From: Paenactinomyces guangxiensis
GTDB taxonomy: Bacteria > Bacillota > Bacilli > Thermoactinomycetales > Thermoactinomycetaceae
DNA length: 24,000 nucleotides
Assembly: GCF_016055185.1 (NCBI RefSeq)
Contig: NZ_JAECVR010000001.1
Coordinates: 112,345-136,344, forward strand
Reading direction: 5' to 3'
Positions 13,177 through 21,971 of the stretch are shown here, in pieces. A program made the position numbers and the translations under genes. The first letter of the stretch is position 1, and each line of letters starts with the position of its first letter. The notes beneath the pieces are model-generated. The model worked only from the letters and a program-made list of their open reading frames with translations, did no database searches and had not been told where the DNA came from.

Positions 13177-14778
13177 TTATTTTTTATCTGCCTGTGTGTA
13201 ATCGTTCTGGCCAACCGGGTGGCGTATAATTCCTGTTACACCGGGTTGTTCGGCCGCTGCCGTATTGTAAAAGTACAGCGGAAAGAGGGGCATTTCTTCA
13301 AACAGGATTTTTTCAGCTTCATGAAGAAACTTGTCGCGCTCCTCCTGATTGGAGCTTTGGGCCGCTTTTTGCAGATACTCGTCATATTTTTTGTTGCTCC
13401 AGTTGGTTCGGTTCATCGAATGGTCGGTTTGGAAGCTTTCCAGGTAATTATAGGTATCATTGTAATCCGCCAGAAAACTGGATGTGGTCATAATATAGTT
13501 TTTGCTGCGCTGGTCAGCAAAGTAAACCTTGTTTTCTTTGGCCTGGAGCTGAATTTCCACACCAAGGTGTTTACGATACATCTCCTGAACCGCTTCAGCA
13601 ATTTTTTTGTTTTTCTCGGTCGTATTACTGTACAGAAGTGTAACCGTTGGGAGTTTGCTCCATCCCTCTTCCTTCATTCCTTCTTCCAACAACTTTTTCG
13701 CCTCTGCAAACTGGCCGTCCTGGATGAGGTTGCCGCCTTTTTGGCGGAAGTTATTGGGGGCAGAAGGGGCTACATACGCGTATGCAGGTTGCTCTCCGCT
13801 TTGCACAATCTGTTCGACAATCAATTTCCGGTCGACAGCCAGAGCAAATGCTTTGCGGATTTTAACGTTCGTAAACGGTTCTTTTTTCACATTGAAGCGG
13901 AAGAAGGCTAATCCGTTTGATTCCCAGGTTTTTACTTCACCGCTTTTGATCATCTGTGCCAGAAGATCTCCGGGAATTGACTTTTTGGCAATAACATCCA
14001 GTTTTTTGGTTTTATACATTTGATATGCAGTGTTGCTGTCTGTCACAATGGAGAAGTGAATCCCGCTTAGTTTTACAACTTCCTTGTTATAATAATTTTC
14101 ATTCCTGGCAACTTTAATATGTCCATCGTGTTTCCATTCGGTCATTTTAAAAGCGCCGTTGCTGACATAACTTTTCGCTTCATTGTAAAGGGCGGGATTT
14201 TGTTCAGCCCCTTTTTTATAAACAGGGGAGTAAACCGAATAGGCGGTCAGCTGAAGGAAAGAAGGTGTCGGGCGCGTCAGTTTTACTTCCAGTGTATAAT
14301 CATCCAGCGCTTTCACACCGACTTGATCCGCACTGCCCTTCCCTGTGTTATATTCCTCGGCTCCTTTTATAAAGTACAGAAGAAATGCGGCTTCTGAAGC
14401 GGTTTTCGGATCCAGAACCCGTTTCCAGGCAAATTCAAAATCGTGGGCTGTCAGGTTTTCACCGTTAGACCATTTGGTCTTGTTAAGAGTAAATGTATAA
14501 GTGAGTCCGTCGGAGCTCGTTTTCACTTCCTTGGCAATCGCTTTCTGGGGCTGATGATTTTTATCGAGTCTCATCAAACCGACAAACAGATTATGGGTTA
14601 CATCCAGCGAATCTTCATCAAAAGCTTTCGCGGGATCAAGTGAGGTAGGTTCTCCCGTTAAATTAAGATTGAGAATTTTTTCAGTCTTCTCAGTTTGGTC
14701 CGCCCCCGTTGTACAGCCGGTTAAACCACTTACAATTGCAATGAGTAAGACAATGGATAAGATCCCAAACTTTTTCAA
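13177..14778 (-). CDS. ABC-transporter peptide-binding lipoprotein (family 5 SBP, OppA/DppA/MppA-like), orphan
   Basis: The 533-aa product has a signal peptide with the lipobox LTGC (MKKFGILSIVLLIAIVSGLTGC). Family 5 features such as NLNLTGEPTSLDPA and KWSNGE.LTAHDF are present. The start is TTG with AAGGGGG 7 nt upstream. No permease or ATPase genes are adjacent. Confidence 0.85.
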   Translation of the reverse strand: MKKFGILSIVLLIAIVSGLTGCTTGADQTEKTEKILNLNLTGEPTSLDPAKAFDEDSLDVTHNLFVGLMRLDKNHQPQKAIAKEVKTSSDGLTYTFTLNKTKWSNGENLTAHDFEFAWKRVLDPKTASEAAFLLYFIKGAEEYNTGKGSADQVGVKALDDYTLEVKLTRPTPSFLQLTAYSVYSPVYKKGAEQNPALYNEAKSYVSNGAFKMTEWKHDGHIKVARNENYYNKEVVKLSGIHFSIVTDSNTAYQMYKTKKLDVIAKKSIPGDLLAQMIKSGEVKTWESNGLAFFRFNVKKEPFTNVKIRKAFALAVDRKLIVEQIVQSGEQPAYAYVAPSAPNNFRQKGGNLIQDGQFAEAKKLLEEGMKEEGWSKLPTVTLLYSNTTEKNKKIAEAVQEMYRKHLGVEIQLQAKENKVYFADQRSKNYIMTTSSFLADYNDTYNYLESFQTDHSMNRTNWSNKKYDEYLQKAAQSSNQEERDKFLHEAEKILFEEMPLFPLYFYNTAAAEQPGVTGIIRHPVGQNDYTQADKK

Positions 14779-14873
14779 ATTAGTACCCCCTTATTTGTTT
14801 ATCTCAAACTTTTTTCGCTTATAATAAAGAGAAATCCTGCAAAATGAAAATGTTTTTATGGGTAGCGAATGAT

Positions 14874-16190
14874 TTAGCCATTCCTGCCGATCAAAAACTG
14901 CAAGAAATCATCCTGCAATTGTTCTCCATGCTTCTCTTCCAGCAGTCCGTTGATCATCAAAGAAAAGATAAAACAAATTTTACCCTGATAGGACAGATAT
15001 CCCGATAAGGTTTTAACCCCATACACCGTACCCGTCTTGGCTCTGACATCCCATCCGGCCGGCAAAGACAATGTACGGTTTTTTAACGTGCCGGAAATTC
15101 CATATTGAGCCAAACTGTCAAGGAAAACAGAAAAGTAGCGATGCTTTGCGTAAAAGCGCAATAATTGCATCATACCTCTTGGCGAGGATAAGTTATACAT
15201 CGACAGTCCTGAACCATCCGCATAATTGCCCGGCAACGGCAGACCCCATTTTTGCAAGGTCAGATATACACACTTCTTCCCCGCTTCAACTGAACCCTTT
15301 CCACCGGCTTGGAGCCCCAGAGTACGCAAAAGGACCTCCGCAACCAAATTTTGGCTTTCCTGGTTAACGGTTTGAAGAACCTTGTGAAGCGGAGGAGAGT
15401 AGTGTGTAATCTGAACCTTTGCCTCGTCCATCCATTTGACCGGAACCGGTCGAACCCGCACGGACTTCGGATTAACGACGATCCCTTCCTTTTGACAGGC
15501 AAAGGACAAAGCCTGTGCAAAAAAGTGGGGACCTGACGGAACAGCAATTTCCACTTCTTGTTCCGTTCGGGAGAGCTTACCCGTCACCTCAAATTGATAA
15601 GACCCTCGCAGGCGGCGGATCAGATAATCGGATTGATCGTCGTCACTCCAGTGCATTTCGGAAACAGTGTGTGCTTCAATAAAAGGATAGGGATTTTTTA
15701 ATTCAGGTTTGGGACCCGTCCGGTCAACTTGAAAGGGAATGCGATTCCTTTCCAGATTAAGAGCATGGATGGGCGCCGCAAAGCCATTTTGCAAATCATC
15801 CCACATCCATCCGCTTCCCCGTGATTGCAGCACAAAAAGTGAATCATCCAATGCTGTTTTATTCAGAATAGTCACACCATTAGCTTTTAGTTCTGCCGCC
15901 ACTTTCCGGACATCATCCCATGTAAAAACAGGATCACCGCCGCCTTTTACCCAGAGAGTTCCTTCATGTACGCCGCAGGTTGTTTTCCAACGATAATCAG
16001 GACCAAGCAGATCAAGGGCAACAGCGGTTGTCCAGAGTTTATTGTTGGAGGCGGGAATAAACCATGTGTCTGCATTCCATTCTTCGGTTTCATTCGCGGA
16101 ACATTCGTGGACGCTGAAACCTATATTGGCACCCACTTCCCCGCTTTTTTTTCGCCAGTTGGAAAATAGCAGCTGAAATGGATTGTTCAT
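14874..16190 (-). CDS. PBP4/DacB-type (peptidase S13) D-Ala-D-Ala carboxypeptidase/endopeptidase, no signal peptide
   Basis: The active-site triad motifs are PASNNK (SxxK), DGSGLSMYNL (compare E. coli DGSGLSRHNL) and RAKTGT (KTG). The protein starts at the equivalent of the mature E. coli DacB N-terminus. An in-frame TAA lies 4 codons upstream of the ATG, and GGGAG sits 7 nt upstream. Confidence 0.8.
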   Translation of the reverse strand: MNNPFQLLFSNWRKKSGEVGANIGFSVHECSANETEEWNADTWFIPASNNKLWTTAVALDLLGPDYRWKTTCGVHEGTLWVKGGGDPVFTWDDVRKVAAELKANGVTILNKTALDDSLFVLQSRGSGWMWDDLQNGFAAPIHALNLERNRIPFQVDRTGPKPELKNPYPFIEAHTVSEMHWSDDDQSDYLIRRLRGSYQFEVTGKLSRTEQEVEIAVPSGPHFFAQALSFACQKEGIVVNPKSVRVRPVPVKWMDEAKVQITHYSPPLHKVLQTVNQESQNLVAEVLLRTLGLQAGGKGSVEAGKKCVYLTLQKWGLPLPGNYADGSGLSMYNLSSPRGMMQLLRFYAKHRYFSVFLDSLAQYGISGTLKNRTLSLPAGWDVRAKTGTVYGVKTLSGYLSYQGKICFIFSLMINGLLEEKHGEQLQDDFLQFLIGRNG

Positions 16191-16202
16191 GGGAGATCTC
16201 CC

Positions 16203-16583
16203 TTAAGATTTGGTATCTTTTGTAAGCTTTTGATCCAAATAACTATAAATGATTCCCACGATTTTACGATTCCAGCCAAAGTCAAACATTCTGCTGCGAA
16301 TCGCTGCATGAATATCGACAGCCAGGCGGATCGGTGTAATCTCATATATCGTAATCACAATATCATGTGTGAATCCGAGCGGATTTCTATACTCAAACAT
16401 CACTTCCCCGCGCTCTTTATCATAATGGACAAACTTAAAAGAAGGATGTTGTTTCGGCAATTGCAAAAGCTGATCACCCGCTTCGAGCGATCTCCCCCGG
16501 TAATATCGGCTACGCAGCCAGTCTTCGGGCGCACGGTCTCCGGTTTCGGTAATTCCGCTGAAAAAGCGTCGCATTCCTGACAT
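16203..16583 (-). CDS. Hypothetical cytosolic protein
   Basis: The product is 126 aa from ATG 16583, with AGAGGTG 5 nt upstream overlapping the gpsB stop. The track start at 16586 is a GTG. It has no TM segment and no motif I recognise. Confidence 0.55.
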   Translation of the reverse strand: MSGMRRFFSGITETGDRAPEDWLRSRYYRGRSLEAGDQLLQLPKQHPSFKFVHYDKERGEVMFEYRNPLGFTHDIVITIYEITPIRLAVDIHAAIRSRMFDFGWNRKIVGIIYSYLDQKLTKDTKS

Positions 16584-16593
16584 CACTTCACCT

Positions 16594-16872
16594 CTATCTC
16601 CGCATCATTTTTTCTAAACGATCAATACGGGCAAGAATTTCTCTAATAATTTCGTCATATTGGCCGGTTTGCTCCTGAACGCGATTATTTCGTCCGGTAT
16701 TTTGTTTCTTTGCCGCCCGAAGCTGTTCTTTTAAATATTCATTCTCCTGCAACACATCCTCATAACTTTTGATGACCAAATCCAAAAATTCATTTACTTC
16801 ATCAATATCATACCCTCTCATTACATGTTTAAAATCTTTATTAAAAATTTCCATTGGTGTTAATCGCTTCAT
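16594..16872 (-). CDS. gpsB: Cell-cycle protein GpsB (DivIVA-domain)
   Basis: In this 92-aa product, LTPMEIFNKDFKHVMRGYDIDEVNEFLDLVIKSYEDV is the DivIVA/GpsB N-terminal domain signature. A short C-terminal helix ILARIDRLEKMM follows. Confidence 0.85.
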   Translation of the reverse strand: MKRLTPMEIFNKDFKHVMRGYDIDEVNEFLDLVIKSYEDVLQENEYLKEQLRAAKKQNTGRNNRVQEQTGQYDEIIREILARIDRLEKMMRR

Positions 16873-16943
16873 GATGACTGCACTCCCTATTCAACTTTTC
16901 AATTCACTATTATATATGAATTTGCCCTTCTCTCAAACTAATG

Positions 16944-16983
16944 AAAAAAAGAAAACGCAGACCTTTTTTCAGTAGTCTGCGTT
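16944..16983 (-). terminator. Intrinsic terminator of the YlaJ-like gene
   Basis: A 9-bp stem pairs AACGCAGAC (16954-16962) with GTCTGCGTT (16975-16983). The minus RNA continues UUCUUUUUUUC. Confidence 0.8.
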
Positions 16984-16993
16984 CTATTTTGAT

Positions 16994-17599
16994 TTACTTC
17001 GCCTCAGGGAACGTGCGTTTAATGATATCCACCATATTGTTGATGATTCCGCTGACGGGCCGGCCGTTACGCAAATCCTGAACATATTGGTTCATTTGTT
17101 TTACAAATTCCGGATTGGCGGAAACATAAACATTTCGGATGGCCGGATCTGTAGCGCGGGCTCTGTTGGCGATATTCTTTTTCATTTGATCTGTTAATTT
17201 ATCATTTCCTTTTAACACGACAGCGACATAAGCATTTCTGCCTAAGATTGCCACTGCGGATGATTTAACCCGGTTTAAATCGGTAATGGAATCAGCCACA
17301 TCATCCGCGACACGGAAGTTTTGCGCCATCATATTGTTGGAGGTATTATAGCGGGCATTGTCTCTTACAATGCGGTAGGAAGGATAATTATTCCTGGTAT
17401 CATTTCCGCGATTGGCGATGGTTCTGTTTCTCACATCATCATCCCGCACGTAATTCCTTACATCATTACCCACCCGTGTGGTACGGTAACCCGGCCTTTC
17501 CAAGGATTCATCCCGCCTGTCATTGGTAGCGCATCCTACGCTAGTCAAGAGAAGGGTAAGGATGATCCATCCACTTAACAAACGATTCACTTTCATCAT
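16994..17599 (-). CDS. YhcN/YlaJ-family sporulation lipoprotein
   Basis: The signal peptide carries the lipobox LTSVGC. The C-terminal domain VADDVADSITDLNRVKSSAVAILGRNAYVAVVLKG...IRNVYVSANPEFVKQMNQYVQDLRNGRPVSG is typical of the family. The GAGGAGG RBS is present. Confidence 0.8.
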   Translation of the reverse strand: MMKVNRLLSGWIILTLLLTSVGCATNDRRDESLERPGYRTTRVGNDVRNYVRDDDVRNRTIANRGNDTRNNYPSYRIVRDNARYNTSNNMMAQNFRVADDVADSITDLNRVKSSAVAILGRNAYVAVVLKGNDKLTDQMKKNIANRARATDPAIRNVYVSANPEFVKQMNQYVQDLRNGRPVSGIINNMVDIIKRTFPEAK

Positions 17600-17704
17600 C
17601 TGTCCTCCTCTGGATCAGGAATTTGATTCACAGTTAGTATTTGATCATCAAGCAAAAATATGTAGCCCGTTCCCCTGAACCCTTGTCATTCCACTATTTA
17701 GTCG

Positions 17705-17744
17705 AAAAGAAAAAAACACCCCGCCCGACAATCGGACGAGGTGT
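17705..17744 (-). terminator. Intrinsic terminator of the YugP-like gene
   Basis: The arms at 17716-17728 and 17732-17744 form a 13-bp stem with two mismatches. The minus RNA continues UUUUUUUCUUUUC. Confidence 0.65.
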
Positions 17745-17751
17745 GTCTGAG

Positions 17752-18429
17752 TTAATCATCATCTCTTTGACCCAGGAAAATCAAAACAAACCGCAACAAC
17801 TCCAGCAAGGCTACGAGGGCTCCCGCCACATAAGTGAAGGCAGCGGCCCCAAGCACGCGATTGACGCCCTTCTCTTCATCCGGAGCTACAAACCCTTCCT
17901 GAATCATGATTCGTTTTGCCCGCGAACTTGCGTTAAATTCTACGGGTAATGTAACCAGGTGGAATAAAACAGCGATGGAGAAAAAGGCAATCCCAACCAG
18001 CAATAAGCCCGATGCCCTCATAAAGACTCCCGCCAACAACAGCCAGGGAGCCACTCCCGAAGTAAAGTTCAGAACGGGAACCATTCGATGGCGAAATACG
18101 AGGGCTCCATACTTCTCTTTATGTTGCAAGGCATGGCCGCATTCATGCGCCGCAACAGAAACGGCAGAAATGGAAGAAGATGAGTAAACGGGTTCCGACA
18201 GGCGAACAGCTGGTGCCGTCGGGTCATAATGGTCAGACAATGTTCCGTGAACCGGTTCGACGGGAACATGATGCAATCCGTTCATATCCAAAATTCGCCT
18301 TGCCACCTCAGCCCCCGTCATCCCGGATCGTGACCTGACCCGGGACCATCGACGGAAATTTGACCTGACTCTAAACTGAGCCCAGAGGGTAAGAATCAGG
18401 CCCAGTATAAACAGTAACAACCCAAACAT
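17752..18429 (-). CDS. yugP: YugP-family membrane zinc metallopeptidase
   Basis: The 225-aa product contains FRVRSNFRRWSRVRSRSGMTGAEVARRILD, the zinc site HECGHALQH (HExxH) and flanking TM helices. This is the pattern of the putative neutral zinc metallopeptidase family. Confidence 0.75.
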   Translation of the reverse strand: MFGLLLFILGLILTLWAQFRVRSNFRRWSRVRSRSGMTGAEVARRILDMNGLHHVPVEPVHGTLSDHYDPTAPAVRLSEPVYSSSSISAVSVAAHECGHALQHKEKYGALVFRHRMVPVLNFTSGVAPWLLLAGVFMRASGLLLVGIAFFSIAVLFHLVTLPVEFNASSRAKRIMIQEGFVAPDEEKGVNRVLGAAAFTYVAGALVALLELLRFVLIFLGQRDDD

Positions 18430-18559
18430 TCTTTATGCTCCCTTTCTATCCAAAATCCAATGATCATGTATGCTTATTTAGCCAGAATGATTTTTCACCT
18501 ATATTTATTCCTTTTCAAAGATTGAATTAAACTGTCAAAACTTGATCTAAAGAAGGCTT

Positions 18560-19711
18560 TCATCGCTGAAAAATGATCATGTCACTTTGTTTACGCATAC
18601 CCACGTTCAACACAAGGCCGACAGCAATAAGTTGGGTAGTAAGGGAACTCCCCCCATAACTGACAAAGGGTAAAGGCAGGCCCGTAATGGGAACAAGCCC
18701 CAGGGTCATACCAATATTTTGAAATACTTGAAACACAAGCATTCCGGTGACACCTGCAACAATATAAGATCCAAAACGATCATCAGACCGGGTGGCGATC
18801 AAAATCATCCGGTAAAAAAAGATCAGATAGACACATAACAATAAGCTTCCGCCGATAAAGCCATGTTCCTCCGCAAACACTGCAAAAATAAAATCATTAT
18901 GAGGTTCGGGAATCCAATTTCCCTGTGCCTGTGTGCCCTGATGGAGCCCTTTTCCCGTCATCATCCCGGAACCGATCGCAATTTTGGCCTGTGTCAACTG
19001 ATATCCCGCACCTGTAGGATCAGAGGCAGGATCTAAAAAGGTTTGAATGCGGCTGATCTGATGGTCTTCCAAGATCACCTGCAATAGGGGGTGATCAGTC
19101 ACATATAAAAGAAGAATCCCGCCGGAGATGATGGAAACGAGGAGAATCCCACTCATAATCCATTTCCAATCAAGCCCCCCCACCAGCAACATGCTGCAAA
19201 CAATTCCTACGAAAACTAACGCTGTACCCAGGTCGGGCTGTGATAAAATAATGAAAAAGGGAATCCCGAACAGACCCAAAATCAATCCCAATCCGGACAG
19301 GTCCCGCCACGAGGAAGGCTTCTTTTCAGACAGGAGCTTTGCCAGCAATAAAATCAGGATCAGCTTCATCATCTCTGAAGGCTGAAATTGAAAATTGCCC
19401 ACTCCAATCCACTGTTGTGCACCATTTACTTTAACACCCAGACCAGGAATAAATACGAGCAGTAAGAAAAGCAGTCCGATTCCATATAAGAGGTAGAGAA
19501 ATCTGCCTTGAGACAAAATTTTATAATCAAACAGGAGAACGGCGAACATAAATAGAAACCCCAATAAGTACCACCACGCCTGTTTTTCTACATAAGATTG
19601 GTTGTCAGTGTAGGTTGCACTGGAAATGGATACAATGCCAATAGTTGCCAGAATGAAGAGAATAAGTATGAGCAGAAAATCGATCTGCCAGATCAGATGG
19701 CTTTTTTTCAT
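18560..19711 (-). CDS. rodA: SEDS-family peptidoglycan glycosyltransferase, RodA-like
   Basis: The 383-aa polytopic protein contains QPSEMMK, PEPHNDFIFAVFAEEHGFIG and FQNIGMTLGLVPITGLPLPFVSYGGSS. The C-terminal motif closely parallels B. subtilis RodA. Confidence 0.7.
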   Translation of the reverse strand: MKKSHLIWQIDFLLILILFILATIGIVSISSATYTDNQSYVEKQAWWYLLGFLFMFAVLLFDYKILSQGRFLYLLYGIGLLFLLLVFIPGLGVKVNGAQQWIGVGNFQFQPSEMMKLILILLLAKLLSEKKPSSWRDLSGLGLILGLFGIPFFIILSQPDLGTALVFVGIVCSMLLVGGLDWKWIMSGILLVSIISGGILLLYVTDHPLLQVILEDHQISRIQTFLDPASDPTGAGYQLTQAKIAIGSGMMTGKGLHQGTQAQGNWIPEPHNDFIFAVFAEEHGFIGGSLLLCVYLIFFYRMILIATRSDDRFGSYIVAGVTGMLVFQVFQNIGMTLGLVPITGLPLPFVSYGGSSLTTQLIAVGLVLNVGMRKQSDMIIFQR

Positions 19712-19801
19712 TTTTAAACCCCTATTTCTCCTATCAATCTTACGTTCACCTTAACACAATTTTATTTTTCGCAAAACATGTGACTGAAGGAGTTTGTACA
19801 T

Positions 19802-20944
19802 ATGAAACGCGATAAACCCGACTTTTGGATCATATTGATTACCTTTTTATTACTCGGCTTCGGTTTGGTGATGGTATTCAGTACCAGCTATTATAAAGGC
19901 TTGACCGATTTCAAAGATCCCTATTTTTTCTTTAACAGACAGCTGGGATATGGCCTGACCGGCTTGGTTTTGTTTTTTATTTTCTCCAATATCCCCTATA
20001 CCATCTACAGAAAATACGTGGGATTGATCCTGATTATCTGTTTCGTATCGCTTTTGGTAGTACTGATTCCTCCAATCGGCAAAGTGGTAAACAATGCCCG
20101 CCGCTGGATTGACCTGGGGATTTTCTCTTTTCAACCTTCTGAATATGTCAAACTTGGCTTGATTATTTATACAGCTTCGATCATGATTAAGAAGCAACCC
20201 ATTATCGACAATTTTAAACGCGCGGTCATCCCCCCGCTCGTCGTGATTGGAATCGCCTGCCTGTTGCTGATGAAACAACCCCACTTCAGTGCCATTGTCA
20301 TTATTCTAACCACTTGTATCACCGTCATGTTCTGTGCGGGTACAAAAGTGAAGCACTTGCTGTTCCTCGCTCTGGTCGGATTGCCGGTCCTGGTTGTGGC
20401 TCTGTTTTTAGGAGATTACCGGGTTGATCGTATCACTGCTCTGTTCAACGGCTTCAGCGACCGCACCGGTGAAGGTTATCAGGTTACCCAATCACTGATT
20501 GCCATCGGTCCGGGTGGATTAACCGGTGCCGGATTGGGAAACAGCATCCAGAAATATGCCTATTTGCCTGAAGCACACACAGACTTTATCTTTTCCATCA
20601 TCGCAGAAGAGCTTGGTTTTATTGGCGGGGTCTTTCTTATTTCCCTTTTTATTTTCTTTATCGTTCGCGGGGTGCTTACCTCACTGCAAGCGCCGGATCA
20701 GTTCGGTACGTTGCTCGGAATTGGCATCGTTACCTTGCTGGCGGTTGAAGCCATTTTTAATCTAGCCGTTGTTACCGCTCTCTTCCCGGTAACCGGGGTT
20801 CCCTTACCCCTGATTAGTTACGGGGGAACCGCTTTGATGATGAACTTGGTCGAACTGGGGATCCTGATCAATATCTCCCGTTATCGGGTTCGAAAAGCAA
20901 AAGCGTCCAAGGCCGCTCCTTCTGCCCGGCCCGTACAAGCTTAG
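19802..20944 (+). CDS. ftsW: SEDS-family peptidoglycan glycosyltransferase, FtsW-like
   Basis: The 380-aa product contains LLGFGLVMVFSTS, QPSEYVKL, GLGNSIQKYAYLPEAHTDFIFSIIAEELGFIG (B. subtilis FtsW has [29 protein letters not shown]) and PLISYGGT. The RBS GAAGGAG is present. Confidence 0.7.
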   Translation: MKRDKPDFWIILITFLLLGFGLVMVFSTSYYKGLTDFKDPYFFFNRQLGYGLTGLVLFFIFSNIPYTIYRKYVGLILIICFVSLLVVLIPPIGKVVNNARRWIDLGIFSFQPSEYVKLGLIIYTASIMIKKQPIIDNFKRAVIPPLVVIGIACLLLMKQPHFSAIVIILTTCITVMFCAGTKVKHLLFLALVGLPVLVVALFLGDYRVDRITALFNGFSDRTGEGYQVTQSLIAIGPGGLTGAGLGNSIQKYAYLPEAHTDFIFSIIAEELGFIGGVFLISLFIFFIVRGVLTSLQAPDQFGTLLGIGIVTLLAVEAIFNLAVVTALFPVTGVPLPLISYGGTALMMNLVELGILINISRYRVRKAKASKAAPSARPVQA

Positions 20945-20951
20945 CTGATAG

Positions 20952-20989
20952 AAAATCCCCCTTTTGGCTCTGTGCAAAAGGGGGATTTT
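20952..20989. terminator. Bidirectional intrinsic terminator between ftsW-like and thiG
   Basis: A perfect 14-bp stem pairs AAAATCCCCCTTTT (20952-20965) with AAAAGGGGGATTTT (20976-20989) around a 10-nt loop. U-runs are present on both strands. Confidence 0.85.
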
Positions 20990-20991
20990 AT

Positions 20992-21759
20992 TTATGATGT
21001 GAACAGGCCTTCGCCGGGACTGCTCGCACTGGCATAGGGTTTTCTGGGGATTCTTCCGGCATCGTAGCCAAGACGTCCGGCCCTCACTGCCCATTTCATC
21101 GCTTCTGCCATTTTCACCGGATCTTTCGCCCCGGAAACGGCTGTATTTAAAAGAACCCCGTCTGCTCCCAGTTCCATCGCCTGAACAACATCAGCGGGGG
21201 AACCAATCCCCGCATCAATAATTACCGGTACAGGAGATTCCTCGATAATCAGCCGTAAATATGCAGGATTGAGCAACCCCTGGCCTGAACCGATCGGGGA
21301 ACCTCCCGGCATAATGGCATGGGCTCCGGCTTCCGCCAATTTTCTGGCGAGAACAGGATCGTCTGAGGTGTAAGGCAACACTATAAATCCTTCTTCAACC
21401 AAAAGGCGTGTTGCTTCCAAAGTGGCAATGGGGTCGGGAAGCAACGTTTTGGAATCGGCGATAACCTCCACTTTAATCATATCGCATAGATTGGAGGCAC
21501 GTGCAAGCCGGGCAATTCTTACAGCTTCCTCCACTGTGGTTGCGCCTGCTGTATTGGGCAATAACGTATAACGTTTCAAATCGAGCATCTCCAAAAAGTT
21601 AGGCTGGTCCGGATCATATATATCCATACGGCGAATGGCAAAAGTGAGCACTTCTGTTTCAGAAATCTCTACTGCCTTCTTCTGTACATCAAGTGAAGAA
21701 AATTTACCCGTTCCCAAAAATAAACGTGATTTAAATTCATAAGCGCCGATTTTCAGCAT
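20992..21759 (-). CDS. thiG: Thiazole synthase ThiG
   Basis: The 255-aa product contains [14 protein letters not shown]...[22 protein letters not shown] and PVIIDAGIG. Confidence 0.9.
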   Translation of the reverse strand: MLKIGAYEFKSRLFLGTGKFSSLDVQKKAVEISETEVLTFAIRRMDIYDPDQPNFLEMLDLKRYTLLPNTAGATTVEEAVRIARLARASNLCDMIKVEVIADSKTLLPDPIATLEATRLLVEEGFIVLPYTSDDPVLARKLAEAGAHAIMPGGSPIGSGQGLLNPAYLRLIIEESPVPVIIDAGIGSPADVVQAMELGADGVLLNTAVSGAKDPVKMAEAMKWAVRAGRLGYDAGRIPRKPYASASSPGEGLFTS

Positions 21760-21767
21760 GGATCGAT

Positions 21768-21971
21768 TTAACCTCCTCCGACAAAATGAACAATCTCTAC
21801 TACATCACCCTCGCCCAGAACCGACTGAGGATGATCCTCTTTTTGCAGTACTTTGCGGTTGTGCTCCACTACCAGCACCCGCTGTCCCAAACGCAGATGA
21901 TCAAGTAAGTGGGCAATGGTAACAACCCCTTCGGCCACTAAATACTCTTTCCCGTTTAATTGAATCTTCAC
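21768..21971 (-). CDS. thiS: Sulfur-carrier protein ThiS
   Basis: The 67-aa product ends in VGGG. The start is GTG with AAGGAGGAGAGG upstream. It overlaps the thiO stop by 4 nt (GTGA). Confidence 0.85.
   Translation of the reverse strand: MKIQLNGKEYLVAEGVVTIAHLLDHLRLGQRVLVVEHNRKVLQKEDHPQSVLGEGDVVEIVHFVGGG

Noticed and set aside
13219-13911. A 230-aa plus-strand ORF, with neighbouring ORFs at 13607-14023, 14119-14397 and 14443-14643.
   Set aside because: All lie entirely antisense to the well-supported OppA-like gene. The translations are low-complexity and rich in F, L and V, with no RBS or family motif. They are shadow ORFs.
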